In this document: piece by piece, positions 40,493 to 51,329 of the stretch
How the letters are laid out: every line of letters begins with the position of its first letter
Numbering within the stretch: position 1 is the first letter of the stretch
Source of the DNA: Bacteroidia bacterium
GTDB lineage: Bacteria > Bacteroidota > Bacteroidia > Cytophagales > Cyclobacteriaceae
Assembly (NCBI GenBank): GCA_030432655.1
Contig: JAUILA010000021.1
Coordinates: forward strand, 1 to 64,000
DNA length: 64,000 bases
Reading direction: 5' to 3'
Made by a program: the position numbers and the translations under genes
The notes under the pieces: model-generated
Database searches by the model: none
Seen by the model: only the letters and a program-made list of their open reading frames with translations
What the model was told of the DNA's origin: nothing

Positions 40493-41032
40493 TTAATCGA
40501 GGTACTGATCCGGGATAGGAAATTCGGCAGTTTCAGATTGCCAGAATATACTCATCACCCACCATCTTTCCCCATCAAACAGTAACTGGATACTGTTTAT
40601 ACCCCGGGCAAAAGGTTCATCGTCGGACTCTGAATGATAGGATTCGTACGTGCTGAAAATCTGAACAACATTACCAAAACGATCGGTTTCACGGCTGATC
40701 TCCTTTTCAAAGAAACCATTGGCCTCCAGATACGAACCGGAGCTCTCCACGTAATCGGCCGGGGACATTACTGAATAGGAAACCTTCCCCTGTTGGTTTT
40801 TTCCGCTGGGAATCAGCCTTGCTTCGGGTACAAATAAATATTTAAACAATTCCCAGTCCCTGGCTTCCCCTTTCTCCCCCGAAATAACGGCGTAGAGCGT
40901 TTCAATGGTGCTGTCGAGTGTTTTTACTTTGGCCTGGTAATCGGTGTCCTGGGCAATGCCTGAGAAAGAAATCAGGAGAATGGTGAAAATAAGCAGGTAT
41001 CTCATGGGTAAGCGGGTTAGTAGCAGTACCAT
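40493..41032 (-). CDS. hypothetical secreted protein
   Basis: Signal peptide. No recognisable domain. Confidence 0.45.
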   Translation of the reverse strand: MVLLLTRLPMRYLLIFTILLISFSGIAQDTDYQAKVKTLDSTIETLYAVISGEKGEARDWELFKYLFVPEARLIPSGKNQQGKVSYSVMSPADYVESSGSYLEANGFFEKEISRETDRFGNVVQIFSTYESYHSESDDEPFARGINSIQLLFDGERWWVMSIFWQSETAEFPIPDQYLD

Positions 41033-41075
41033 AAGATAGAAAAAAACCCCGAAGAAAATCTCCGGAGTTGTTAAT

Positions 41076-43613
41076 TTACTCTTCTTTTTCTTCCTTTTTG
41101 GAAGCTTTCGGTTTTTTGATCTTCAGTGTCAGCTCATCCGATTTGCCATCGTAATCTGCTACAATGATAGATCCTTCGTCCGTTTCACCCTTAAGGATTT
41201 CTTCCGCAACAGCATCTTCCAGGTATTTCTGAATTGCCCGGTTCAGCGGTCTGGCCCCGTACTGAGGATCATACCCTTTCTCGGCAAGGAAATCCTTGGC
41301 CTTCTTAGTAAGCTCAACGGTATATCCGAGGTCGGTGATACGAATGAACAATTTCTCCAGGGTAAGATCGATGATTTTGTGAATATCCTCGCGCTGAAGC
41401 GAATTGAAGACAATAACATCATCAAGCCTGTTAAGGAACTCCGGACTGAACGCTTTTTTAAGCGCGTTCTGTATGGTGGATTTCATGATCTCATCTTCAC
41501 TTGCCTGCTTGGCTGAAGTAGAGAATCCGATTCCCGCACCGAAATCCTTCAGGTCGCGTACCCCGATATTGGAAGTCATAATGATGATGGTGTTCCGGAA
41601 ATCCACGCGGCGTCCAAGTCCGTCGGTAAGTATACCTTCGTCAAGCACCTGCAACAACAGGTTGAATACATCCGGGTGTGCTTTCTCGATCTCATCAAGG
41701 AGCACAACACTGTAGGGTTTACGTCGTACCTTTTCGGTAAGCTGACCGCCCTCTTCGTAACCAACATAGCCCGGAGGCGCTCCTACGAGACGTGATACGG
41801 AGAATTTCTCCATGTACTCGCTCATGTCAATCCTGATAAGACTGTCTTCCTTATCAAACAGGTAAGTGGCAAGAACTTTAGCCAGCTCTGTTTTACCCAC
41901 CCCGGTCGGACCGAGGAATATGAATGAACCAATGGGTTTTTTAGGGTCTTTCAGACCAACGCGTGTACGCTGGATGGCCTTCGTGAGTTTCTTGATAGCT
42001 TCATCCTGGCCGATAACTTTATCGCTGAGCTCCTTCTGCATTCCGAGCAGCTTGTTGCTTTCTTTCTGTGCGATCCGTTTGGTCGGGATGCCGGTCATCA
42101 TGGCGATTACATCCGCCACATTGTCTTCATCCACCTCGTACCTTCGGCTTTTTGTTTCTTCTTCCCATTCCACCTTGGCCTGCTCCAGCTGTTCAAGGAG
42201 TTTTTTCTCTTTGTCACGCAGACGGGCCGCTTCTTCGTACTTCTGGCTCTTTACTACCTGATTCTTTTCTTCCTTGATATCCTCAATTGCAGCTTCCAGC
42301 TTCACAATGTTATCGGGAACATGAATATTATTAATATGCACACGGGCACCTGCCTCATCCAGTACATCAATTGCCTTATCCGGAAGATAACGGTCACTGA
42401 TATACCTGTCAGACAACTTGACACAAGCCTGTATGGCCTCATCGGTATAGTTGACGTGGTGGTGCTCTTCGTATTTTTCCTTAATATTCTCCAGGATCTG
42501 GATAGTTTCTTCCGGCGTTGTCGCATCGACCATCACCATCTGGAACCTTCTGGCGAGGGCGCCGTCCTTCTCGATATACTGACGGTACTCATCCAGCGTA
42601 GTGGCTCCAATACATTGAATTTCTCCTCTTGCCAGGGCCGGCTTAAACATATTGGACGCATCCAGTGAGCCGGAAGCGCCACCTGCGCCGACGATGGTAT
42701 GAAGTTCATCAATGAACAGAATCACTTCAGGTGATTTTTCGAGTTCGTTCATCACGGCCTTCATCCTTTCCTCGAATTGTCCCCTGTATTTGGTGCCTGC
42801 CACGAGGGAGGCAAGATCAAGGGTTACCACACGCTTACCGAAAAGGACGCGTGAAACTTTCTTCTGGACAATACGCAGGGCGAGGCCTTCAGCAATAGCC
42901 GTTTTACCAACACCCGGTTCCCCGATCAGAATCGGGTTATTCTTTTTACGGCGGCTCAGGATCTGTGCCACACGTTCAATTTCCTTTTCCCGACCGACGA
43001 TCGGGTCCATTTTATTTTCTTCAGCCAGTTTGGTCAGGTCTCTTCCGAAATTATCCAGCACAGGAGTCCTGGATTTTTCACTTCCTTTCTTCTCCTTGCC
43101 GCCACCTGCGGTACCGCCGAAAATTTTTGATCCGTCATCATCCGGATCATCGGTGTCCGATGAAGCCATCGGATTTTCGGTCTGGTACTCCAAGAGCTCC
43201 TTGATCACGTCATAGTTGACATCAAATTTCTCCAGGATCTGTGTAGCAATATTATCTTCGTCACGCAGGATCGAAAGGAGCAGGTGCTCGGTTCCGATCA
43301 ACTGGCTTTTGAATATCTTGGCTTCCAGGTAGGTTATCTTCAGAACCTTTTCAGACTGCCTCGTCAGGGGAATATTTGCGAGGTTTTTCACGTCGTGTGA
43401 GGCCGTGCCCTTCGATACTTTTTCGACGGCGGCGCGTAACTCCTCCAGGGAAATTCCAATCTTCTTCAATAGACTTACAGCCACTCCTTCACCTTCGCGG
43501 ATCATCCCCAAAAGGAGATGTTCTGTCCCAATGTAGTCATGCCCAAGTCTCAACGCCTCTTCCCTGCTGAGGGATATAACCTCCTTAACTCTGTTTGAAA
43601 ATTTAGCTTCCAT
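41076..43613 (-). CDS. clpC: ATP-dependent Clp protease ATP-binding subunit ClpC-like (Clp_N, two AAA+ modules, short UVR-like M-domain)
   Basis: Clp_N repeats. Two Walker A motifs (GEPGVGKT, GPTGVGKT). M-domain of about 60 aa. Start taken at MEAKFSNRV (43613). Confidence 0.8.
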   Translation of the reverse strand: MEAKFSNRVKEVISLSREEALRLGHDYIGTEHLLLGMIREGEGVAVSLLKKIGISLEELRAAVEKVSKGTASHDVKNLANIPLTRQSEKVLKITYLEAKIFKSQLIGTEHLLLSILRDEDNIATQILEKFDVNYDVIKELLEYQTENPMASSDTDDPDDDGSKIFGGTAGGGKEKKGSEKSRTPVLDNFGRDLTKLAEENKMDPIVGREKEIERVAQILSRRKKNNPILIGEPGVGKTAIAEGLALRIVQKKVSRVLFGKRVVTLDLASLVAGTKYRGQFEERMKAVMNELEKSPEVILFIDELHTIVGAGGASGSLDASNMFKPALARGEIQCIGATTLDEYRQYIEKDGALARRFQMVMVDATTPEETIQILENIKEKYEEHHHVNYTDEAIQACVKLSDRYISDRYLPDKAIDVLDEAGARVHINNIHVPDNIVKLEAAIEDIKEEKNQVVKSQKYEEAARLRDKEKKLLEQLEQAKVEWEEETKSRRYEVDEDNVADVIAMMTGIPTKRIAQKESNKLLGMQKELSDKVIGQDEAIKKLTKAIQRTRVGLKDPKKPIGSFIFLGPTGVGKTELAKVLATYLFDKEDSLIRIDMSEYMEKFSVSRLVGAPPGYVGYEEGGQLTEKVRRKPYSVVLLDEIEKAHPDVFNLLLQVLDEGILTDGLGRRVDFRNTIIIMTSNIGVRDLKDFGAGIGFSTSAKQASEDEIMKSTIQNALKKAFSPEFLNRLDDVIVFNSLQREDIHKIIDLTLEKLFIRITDLGYTVELTKKAKDFLAEKGYDPQYGARPLNRAIQKYLEDAVAEEILKGETDEGSIIVADYDGKSDELTLKIKKPKASKKEEKEE

Positions 43614-43723
43614 ATTTGAGCAATCTGTTAAAAATATACTATGTAAATGTATGATATATGATAAAGAATTACCATACAACATACCATTAATTAGAATAAA
43701 AACATTACCTGAGATTTAAATGT

Positions 43724-44347
43724 TCAGGATACGTCTGAATCATTTAGAATGCGGCGGGCATCAGGCCCCTGGCAAAATAACAGGTCTATGATACTGAGGT
43801 TTGGTACAAAGTCTTTGCCAAAAACCTGAATATAAGGAACCGGCCTGTAAAATGAATTGCCTTCAGGTGATTTTTTTGGATGAATTACCGATCTGAGGTC
43901 AATCAGCGGCTTTGAGGGGTTTTTATGATAGGAATCGCTGATCGAAATTTTGGGAACATCCATTTCGAGTAATTTCAGACATAATGTCAGCAGGCGCAGG
44001 TTGATATCCCACAGAAAACTTCCCTGCTTTTCCAGTTCTTTTTTGAAATAGTGTCCGTAATATTCGAAAAAAGGCGCATTACCATACGCGGATATTATTG
44101 ATCTCCAGTGAGTTGCCCTCCAGTTTTCCCGGTCATCCACCTGTACCTCGCGGATGGGAATATTGCTTCTGCCCCTGATAATCGGAATATTCAGCATCAG
44201 CGGTCCGTTTGCCCCGAGAATGTAGCACCGGTTCCGGTACGTTTGCTTGGTAAAATTCTCATGACCCTCCAGCAAAATTTCATTCTCCCTGTTGATGCGG
44301 CAGAAAAATTCCAGGCTCGGAAGGTACTGAAGGTCAATCAGCACCAT
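43724..44347 (-). CDS. WbqC-like family protein
   Basis: QYLPSLEFF...FTKQTYRNRCYILGANGPLMLNIPI matches the WbqC family pattern. Confidence 0.55.
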   Translation of the reverse strand: MVLIDLQYLPSLEFFCRINRENEILLEGHENFTKQTYRNRCYILGANGPLMLNIPIIRGRSNIPIREVQVDDRENWRATHWRSIISAYGNAPFFEYYGHYFKKELEKQGSFLWDINLRLLTLCLKLLEMDVPKISISDSYHKNPSKPLIDLRSVIHPKKSPEGNSFYRPVPYIQVFGKDFVPNLSIIDLLFCQGPDARRILNDSDVS

Positions 44348-44976
44348 CAGGCAAATTCACGGATATCGCCCAGGCCCTCCCGCAGGATCACATATTCGTC
44401 GCCGGTACAATCGACCACCGTGGAAGGGATGTTTCCTCCATAGCCTCCGTCGATGACAATATCGACCTGGTGCTTGAACGATTCATACATGACCTCCGGA
44501 TCAGTCATATATTCAATGATCTTGTCGTCGTCTTTCAACGAGGTGGTAACGATCGGATTGCCGAGGGATTTGACGATCATTCTTGGAATGGTATGGTCAG
44601 GAATCCGGATCCCTACGGTTTTTTTGGTGACGTCCAAAATTTTGGGGACGTTGCTGTTGGACTCCAGAATGAAGGTAAATGGCCCGGGCAGGGATTTCTT
44701 CAGAAGTTTGAAATCAGGGGTGTCCAAACGTTTGACATAGTGGCTGATATCGCTCAGGTCGTAGCAGATAAACGAAAGGTTCATGTCCTTCGGCCGCAGT
44801 CCTTTCAGCCGGCAAACCCGTTCGACCGCCTTCCGGTTAAACAAATCACATCCGACGCCGTAAATAGTATCCGTTGGATAAATAACGAGGCCCCCTTCGC
44901 GAAGAACCTCTGCGACTTGCTCGATCTTTTTCATTTCCGGGTTGTCCGGGTAGATTTTCATTAATTGTGCAGTCAT
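44347..44976 (-). CDS. tsaC: L-threonylcarbamoyladenylate synthase (YrdC/Sua5 family)
   Basis: YrdC fold motif [14 protein letters not shown]. 209 aa. Confidence 0.8.
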   Translation of the reverse strand: MTAQLMKIYPDNPEMKKIEQVAEVLREGGLVIYPTDTIYGVGCDLFNRKAVERVCRLKGLRPKDMNLSFICYDLSDISHYVKRLDTPDFKLLKKSLPGPFTFILESNSNVPKILDVTKKTVGIRIPDHTIPRMIVKSLGNPIVTTSLKDDDKIIEYMTDPEVMYESFKHQVDIVIDGGYGGNIPSTVVDCTGDEYVILREGLGDIREFA

Positions 44977-45096
44977 GACGATAAAGATTTGTTAATCTAA
45001 ATTACGGTGAATTATTGAATTGTGAATTTTAACCACGGGGATTTCTGTTATAAAAATGATAGGCATAACCTGTTGATTCACTAGATTTGCGCTGTT

Positions 45097-46155
45097 ATGA
45101 CCAGGAAAAAAATTGTTGTAATCGTGATGTTGCTGCTGACGATCCTGTTGTCGTCATTCGCTTTTTATGGCTGGCAGATGTTGTATTCTCCCAATATATT
45201 GGTGGAAGGGGAGGACAGGTATTTCCTGGTGCAACGCGGGGATACCTTCAAGGATGTACAGGACAGGTTGTATGACGGACATTATGTGAATGACCTGGTT
45301 TCATTCAGTTTCCTTGCCAAACTGATGAATTATAATGAGCAGGTGAAAGCAGGAAGGTATCTGCTCACCAAGGATATGACCAACCTGGAAGCTGTAAGGC
45401 TGCTCAGGTCCGGGCAGCAGGCACCGGTGAATATTACTTTTAATAATATCCGCCTGAAGGAGGAGATTGGTGAGAAAATCACGGACAATATTCTCCTGAC
45501 GGAGACGGAATTTAATGAAGCCCTGGAGAATTATATCGCTACCAACGACGAAGGCTGGAATGATGAGAACATCATCGGAATGTTTATTCCGAATACGTAT
45601 GAAGTATATTTTGATGTAAGCGGACCGGCACTTATTGAGCGGATGAACCAGGAATATCACAAATTCTGGAATGAATCAAGGACGGCAAAGGCTGATTCGA
45701 TCGGCCTTAAACCGCGGGAGGTGTCGGCCCTGGCCTCCATTGTGCAGGCGGAGAGTGTTAAAGCAGATGAAAGTGCGCGGATCGCCGGGTTGTACATGAA
45801 CCGGCTGAACCGTGGTATTGCCCTGCAGGCGGATCCCACGCTTGTTTTTGCTTCGGGAGATTTTACGCTCAAGCGGGTGCTGAATGTTCATAAGGAGATT
45901 GATTCTCCCTATAATACCTATAAGAATGCAGGCCTGCCTCCGGGCCCTATCAACATGCCGACAATCCGCTCGCTGGATGCGGTCCTTAACTATGAGGATC
46001 ATAAATTCATCTACATGTGCGCCCGTGAGGATTTTTCTGGCTACCATAATTTTGCCACGAACATCGCAGATCACAACGCCAATGCCCGGCGTTACCAGCG
46101 GCAGCTGTCTATTGAAATGCGGAAGGCGCGTGAGGCGGAAAGGGAAGGCCGATAG
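45097..46155 (+). CDS. mltG: endolytic murein transglycosylase (YceG family)
   Basis: N-terminal TM followed by a YceG-like domain. Confidence 0.8.
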   Translation: MTRKKIVVIVMLLLTILLSSFAFYGWQMLYSPNILVEGEDRYFLVQRGDTFKDVQDRLYDGHYVNDLVSFSFLAKLMNYNEQVKAGRYLLTKDMTNLEAVRLLRSGQQAPVNITFNNIRLKEEIGEKITDNILLTETEFNEALENYIATNDEGWNDENIIGMFIPNTYEVYFDVSGPALIERMNQEYHKFWNESRTAKADSIGLKPREVSALASIVQAESVKADESARIAGLYMNRLNRGIALQADPTLVFASGDFTLKRVLNVHKEIDSPYNTYKNAGLPPGPINMPTIRSLDAVLNYEDHKFIYMCAREDFSGYHNFATNIADHNANARRYQRQLSIEMRKAREAEREGR

Positions 46156-46158
46156 CCT

Positions 46159-46584
46159 ATGTACCGTCACGAGACCCGGCTTCGCGTGAGATATGCAGAC
46201 ACTGACCAGATGGGCTATGTCTACTACGGGAATTACTCGGCATACTATGAAGCAGCACGTGTTGAGAGCATGAGGGCACTGGGGCTTAGCTACAAATCCA
46301 TGGAGGAAGACGGCGTGATCATGCCGGTAATGGAGAATTGGTCGAAGTATCATGCACCGGCCACGTACGATGAAATGCTTTCGGTTCATGCCATCATCAA
46401 GACCATGCCGGGGGTGCGGATCAAGTTTTTTTATGAAATCTACAACGAATCTGATAACTTGATCCATGAGGGGGAAACAACACTGGTTTTCGTAAAAAAA
46501 GAAACAGGAAGGCCGTGTAAGATGCCTGATCAGATGCGAGAAGCGCTGGCTCCCTTTTTTCCCGATGAAAAAACGCCTGGTTAA
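46159..46584 (+). CDS. acyl-CoA thioesterase, 4HBT/YbgC hotdog family
   Basis: 141 aa. YADTDQMGYVYYGNY motif. Confidence 0.75.
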   Translation: MYRHETRLRVRYADTDQMGYVYYGNYSAYYEAARVESMRALGLSYKSMEEDGVIMPVMENWSKYHAPATYDEMLSVHAIIKTMPGVRIKFFYEIYNESDNLIHEGETTLVFVKKETGRPCKMPDQMREALAPFFPDEKTPG

Positions 46585-47527
46585 TTATATTGTCGAATCC
46601 GACTGGTATGCTGCGCTCATCAACTGGCTCAAGAGTATCCGGTTTAAGCGCTACGAGGATCTTACCCTTTATGAAGTGATCAATGTTTTTCTGCAGAAGA
46701 TCACCAAGGATGAGATCATTGACCGGGCCAATGCCGTGGCATTTAATTTTACCCTAGCCATATTTCCCGGGATAATATTCCTTTTTACCCTGACGCCCTA
46801 CATTCACGAAGTAATCCCGGAAGTGAGCCAGGACAATATCATGGAATTTATCAGCAATTTCATGAGTTCGGATATGTACAGTACGGCTTACCTGACGGTG
46901 GAAGATATCGTGGAGAATACCCGCGGCGGACTGCTCACTTTTGGTGCGGTGACCTCCCTGTACCTGGCTACGAACGGGATGCTGTCGTTAATGAAAGCGT
47001 TCAATGCTTGTTACAGGACTATTGAAAAGCGGGGTTTTCTGAAAATGCGGATGGTGGCGACCCTGCTGACCATCATGTTTGCGTTTGTGCTGATGCTGAG
47101 TGCGCTGTTGTTAATTGTCGGAAACCTGATCGTGGACAGTATTCAGTCTATTGAATGGCTGAACTTACAGAATCATTCTGTCGGGCTGCTTTTTCTGAGC
47201 CGGTTCCTGATCCTGTTTATTGCGTTCTTTACCGTTATTTCGATGGTCTATTATTACGGGCCGGCAGTGCATTACAACTGGCGGTTCTTTTCAATCGGCG
47301 CCTTCCTTGCGACGATCCTGGCTGTTCTTGCCTCGTATCTTTTCTCCTTTTACCTGGATAATTTCGGAACATACAACAAACTATACGGTTCGCTCGGCGC
47401 CCTGATTGCGCTGATGATCTACCTGGAGATCCTGAGTATCATTTTACTGGTAGGGTACGAAGTAAACGCGAGTATCCACCATGCGCACCGGATATCCGGG
47501 ATACGCGAATTGCGGCATTACGATTAA
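46565..47527 (+). CDS. yihY: YihY/BrkB family membrane protein
   Basis: 320 aa, 6 TMs, YihY-like conserved core. Confidence 0.7.
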   Translation: MKKRLVNYIVESDWYAALINWLKSIRFKRYEDLTLYEVINVFLQKITKDEIIDRANAVAFNFTLAIFPGIIFLFTLTPYIHEVIPEVSQDNIMEFISNFMSSDMYSTAYLTVEDIVENTRGGLLTFGAVTSLYLATNGMLSLMKAFNACYRTIEKRGFLKMRMVATLLTIMFAFVLMLSALLLIVGNLIVDSIQSIEWLNLQNHSVGLLFLSRFLILFIAFFTVISMVYYYGPAVHYNWRFFSIGAFLATILAVLASYLFSFYLDNFGTYNKLYGSLGALIALMIYLEILSIILLVGYEVNASIHHAHRISGIRELRHYD

Positions 47528-47610
47528 TTTTGCCGGAGTTGTTTGGACAGAAATAAAAAACAAAATACATTTGCAATCCCGTTCGGAAAACGACCGGTCG
47601 GGAAATACAA

Positions 47611-47695
47611 AGAGGAGTGGCAGAGTGGTCGAATGCGGCGGTCTTGAAAACCGTTGTACCGCGAGGTACCGGGGGTTCGAATCCCTCCTCCTCTG
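47611..47695 (+). tRNA. tRNA-Ser (anticodon TGA)
   Basis: Hand-folded. Acceptor agaggag/ctcctct. Anticodon loop cTTGAaa. Long variable arm gtacc...ggtac. T-loop ttcgaat. Discriminator G. No encoded CCA. Confidence 0.85.
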
Positions 47696-47921
47696 CATAG
47701 TGATCCCCTAAGTAGCTAATAGTCAGTTATTTAGGGGATTTATTATTTGTTGTGGGGCGAATTGTGGGGCGAAATTAAGTTCTAGTATTACTCAGAATAT
47801 GCCCTATTATAATTATCTCAGAGCAAGCAATGAACTTATTTATAAGTACAAATAAAAAACTTTAATGGCTAGATTATATTGTCATAGCTGACGATAGGAA
47901 GCTATTGTTGTAAAAGTGTAT

Positions 47922-48941
47922 TTATTTTTTGTATGGCCCTAAAAATTTGTCGCCATTAAAATGGACTAAGTGATCAGGATTATCCGCAATCCAAACTTCA
48001 GTTTCCCAAGCAATGTCAGTCATAAATTGTCGAAACTTCGGTCTGGTTAAAAATGAGGTTACATATACAATTTCTGCTTTGCATTCCTGAGTCAGCTTTT
48101 GAAGTTGTATTAACCGTAATTCACTAATTGGACCCGATGAGTGCACCGCTTCAATCAAATAGAGCCAATTTTTTTTTTTTGAGTATGCAATTACATCTGG
48201 TAATTCTTCGTGTGAAATCTCGAAGAAGTTTAATTTCTCGAGTTTTTCTTTTTCCAAGTAGAGGTATTTGTCAGAAGTGTCACCAACATAGAGTATCTCA
48301 GCACCATGTCCATATCTTGGAAGAAAATCTTCAATTATTGCCTTTTGTAAATCATTGTGTTCTCCTGAGGAAAAAGTTAACTCACCACCCGAAGGAAGAG
48401 TTACATTTACTTTCGCAATTTCCCTTTGACGTTTAAGTTTTTTACTAAGCGGTTCGATATTTTTGAGTTTATCAGAGACCATTTTTTCCCAATTCTTTGA
48501 TCCAAATGCTCTTAGAAGTTCAGCATATGTTGGATTGATTGAATACCCCCTTGTTGAGTCGTTTGTGGCAGAGTTTGGACTCGACTGAAGAATAACTTCT
48601 GCAACCGTAAGCAATTTGAGGTCTTTTCTACGAATATCATCATAAGACCCAGAGCTAATGTCTTCTCCAAAATACTTGTTGACAAAAATGATGATATCCC
48701 TAGTTTTTAGGGAATGACCACTGTTTAAGTCTTTTGCATTTTTAATATCCGAGAATTTTTTAATGTCACCGCTGGCTAGAAATGCAATTGCCATTCTTTC
48801 CAACCTTCTTGAAGTTGAATCTAAAGGAATTCCAAATGTGTCCAGGATATAAAGCGTGGTGTTTATCAGTTCCTGTACCTGTTTGCTTTTCTTGCTAAAG
48901 GTTTTGGATTTAACGGGACTGATATACTGCTTCATTCTCAA
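47922..48941 (-). CDS. putative type II restriction endonuclease (partner of adjacent m5C methyltransferase)
   Basis: Called only from context: 3' neighbour of, and 32-bp overlap with, the m5C MTase gene. No family assignment possible by eye. Confidence 0.4.
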   Translation of the reverse strand: MRMKQYISPVKSKTFSKKSKQVQELINTTLYILDTFGIPLDSTSRRLERMAIAFLASGDIKKFSDIKNAKDLNSGHSLKTRDIIIFVNKYFGEDISSGSYDDIRRKDLKLLTVAEVILQSSPNSATNDSTRGYSINPTYAELLRAFGSKNWEKMVSDKLKNIEPLSKKLKRQREIAKVNVTLPSGGELTFSSGEHNDLQKAIIEDFLPRYGHGAEILYVGDTSDKYLYLEKEKLEKLNFFEISHEELPDVIAYSKKKNWLYLIEAVHSSGPISELRLIQLQKLTQECKAEIVYVTSFLTRPKFRQFMTDIAWETEVWIADNPDHLVHFNGDKFLGPYKK

Positions 48942-49941
48942 ATAATTTTAGTTGGTCGTTCTCTGTAGTGATATATTGGTTTTCTACATCAACTGTAAAA
49001 TAATTCTTGATATTTAATGCCAAGTGATATGCAAAATAAGGCGCAACCGCATTGCCAATTTGGTTGAATTGATTTGTTTCTGTTCCTGAGAACTTAAACC
49101 AATCGGGAAAACTTTGAAGTCTGGCAGCTTCTCTAACCGTAATTCTTCGTCGTCTACCATCTTTTAATCTAACTCGGTGCATATCTCCTGTTGCACCTGC
49201 TAAATTTCTACATGTTAAAGTTCTCGCGGGTCTATCCAAGTATAAGTCTCGAGGATTAATACAGTTGGAGGCTCTTTCGTACTTGGCAACATATCTGTCC
49301 ATGGATTCCGTGAAAAACTTAGAATCTTCATCAAATTGAAATGCTAGCCCCCCTAATGCTTGACCTGCCGTTACTTTTCTGTTCACCTTTTTTGGAAGGC
49401 TGATTTTTTTCTTTGCCCCGATGACAATTACCCGTTCTCTGTTCTGTGGAACTTCATAGTTCAAAGCATTCAAAAGGGCATAATTGATAAAGTAACCTAG
49501 GCTTTCAAGCTCTTCAATGACTTCTTTTAAATACCACTTATTCTTGTAAAGCATTCCCCTTACATTTTCAAACATCAAGACTTCTGGGTTAAGTTGTCCA
49601 ATTGCGGATAAGAATATCGGAAATCCATCTCTCGAATCTTTTAATCCTAGTTGCTTACCACCAACGCTGAATGGCTGACATGGTGGTCCCCCAATGACAA
49701 TATCTGCTTTTGGATATTCTGACTCAATTGTAAGCTTTTCGTTATAACACTTTCCAATTAAGTTTTTATTATATGTCTGGGTGGCAGGTTCGTCCATTTC
49801 ATAACCAATTGTTCGAAAACCATTAGCTTCGAAACCTAGAGAAAGTCCACCACAACCTGCAAAAAGGTCTACTACTGTTTTATTTAAATCAGTGTCAACC
49901 CAAGGTTTCAACTTTACATTTATCTCTTCCCAGTATTTCAT
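48910..49941 (-). CDS. DNA (cytosine-5)-methyltransferase
   Basis: Motif I DLFAGCGGLSLGF. Motif IV GGPPCQPFS. Motif VI ENVRGM. Confidence 0.9.
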   Translation of the reverse strand: MKYWEEINVKLKPWVDTDLNKTVVDLFAGCGGLSLGFEANGFRTIGYEMDEPATQTYNKNLIGKCYNEKLTIESEYPKADIVIGGPPCQPFSVGGKQLGLKDSRDGFPIFLSAIGQLNPEVLMFENVRGMLYKNKWYLKEVIEELESLGYFINYALLNALNYEVPQNRERVIVIGAKKKISLPKKVNRKVTAGQALGGLAFQFDEDSKFFTESMDRYVAKYERASNCINPRDLYLDRPARTLTCRNLAGATGDMHRVRLKDGRRRRITVREAARLQSFPDWFKFSGTETNQFNQIGNAVAPYFAYHLALNIKNYFTVDVENQYITTENDQLKLFENEAVYQSR

Positions 49942-50144
49942 TGTTTTAAGTTACGAATTTGTGAAGTGGTTTCTATTTCTTCACATTGGGTACAAGTCTG
50001 TGTAGACAAAATATGCCACACATGAGGCAATAAAAAGCTAAACGTAGCAATTTCTGCTAAAATTCTCAACCTAAAATAGGCAATAAAATGTTTCTTCTTT
50101 TAAGTTCCTACTGCGTCATTGTTCAATACATTCCTAAAAAAAAG

Positions 50145-51329
50145 TTATCGTCCGATTCCTCTTTTTCTTTTTGTTTTACCTTGATTTTCTTCATCAATAC
50201 CTACTACATTAAAAACCCCAGCAACATCACCAAATTTATTGCCACCACGATGATCAGACCGAAATACACCATTCTCAGGATCCAGCTGCCGATGTCCCTG
50301 GCTTTCCTGAATTCCAGAATCTCTTTTTTCACTTCTTGAATTTCCTGATGAAGAATCTGCTGATTCCCCATGACACTTCCCATTTCTTCCAGGCTGCTTA
50401 TGAATGAATTCTGATTCTCCCCGAACTGCTGATTGACTCCTTCCAGTGCTATCTTCATTTCTTCCATCTGTTGAAGAAGCTCTTCCACCTGAAGTTCTTC
50501 CCTGAGTGTCGAGGATTCTCCTTGTTCGATCGTTTGCCTGGCTAATTTCCTGGCCGTCTCTAGTTTTTTCATATTCAATTTGTTTAATAATGTTCCCCCA
50601 GGTGAATTGCCTGCCGAGCTTCTGACCCTTGATCAGGAAGTCTCCATAAGCATATGAGATTCCTGAAACTCGTCCGGTCGAAGCCTGGTTGAACAGGGGA
50701 TGAATATTTTGTTTCTCCATATTTTGAATGAACTCGCTAATAGATCGGGAATGCTGAATGCCCAGCGCCACCATATCCTGCAATTCCATTTTGATTGAAG
50801 GCAGGCCGGTCCGGACAACCATTTCAATTTCATTCTTCGTAGGAGCTCGTCGGATGGCCTTCTTACTGGATTGGGTTTCCTCCAGCTTGTATTTCTTTTC
50901 CAGATCGCGAATTATCTGCTCACTTCTCCGGTAATTATTGCTGTCTGAGACCACAGTTCCGTCAAACCGGTTTCTCAATACCAGGACATGGGCATGTGTA
51001 TGGCCGGCATCGTGATGGCGAAAGATGAAATACAGGTTATTATCAAATCCCATCCTGGTCATATATTCCCTGGCAATGGCCAGCATCTTTTTATCAGACA
51101 GCTTATCTTCTTTTGGAAAATTCAGACTCGTATGCCAGGTGTTACGCTGCAGTCGGGGATTCATTTGTTTCATCATCATCAGCTCGGCCAGGATCTGGTT
51201 CCGCTCCATGGACTGACTGTTGGTTTCCAGCAAGGTCGCTCGCTGACCAGGATCCGGATGACCCACTTTTTTGAGGTTGTAATCCAGGGCACCCATGAAT
51301 GATTTACCGATGGACTGTTTAGCGATCAT
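50145..51329 (-). CDS. relaxase/mobilization nuclease (MobA/VirD2-type, Bacteroides MobB-like)
   Basis: HHDAGHTHAHVLV histidine triad. Confidence 0.8.
   Translation of the reverse strand: MIAKQSIGKSFMGALDYNLKKVGHPDPGQRATLLETNSQSMERNQILAELMMMKQMNPRLQRNTWHTSLNFPKEDKLSDKKMLAIAREYMTRMGFDNNLYFIFRHHDAGHTHAHVLVLRNRFDGTVVSDSNNYRRSEQIIRDLEKKYKLEETQSSKKAIRRAPTKNEIEMVVRTGLPSIKMELQDMVALGIQHSRSISEFIQNMEKQNIHPLFNQASTGRVSGISYAYGDFLIKGQKLGRQFTWGNIIKQIEYEKTRDGQEISQANDRTRRILDTQGRTSGGRASSTDGRNEDSTGRSQSAVRGESEFIHKQPGRNGKCHGESADSSSGNSRSEKRDSGIQESQGHRQLDPENGVFRSDHRGGNKFGDVAGVFNVVGIDEENQGKTKRKRGIGR

Noticed and set aside
41033-41076. Possible terminator downstream of clpC.
   Set aside because: Only a 3-4-bp imperfect stem could be formed next to the T/A run. 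This is not convincing.
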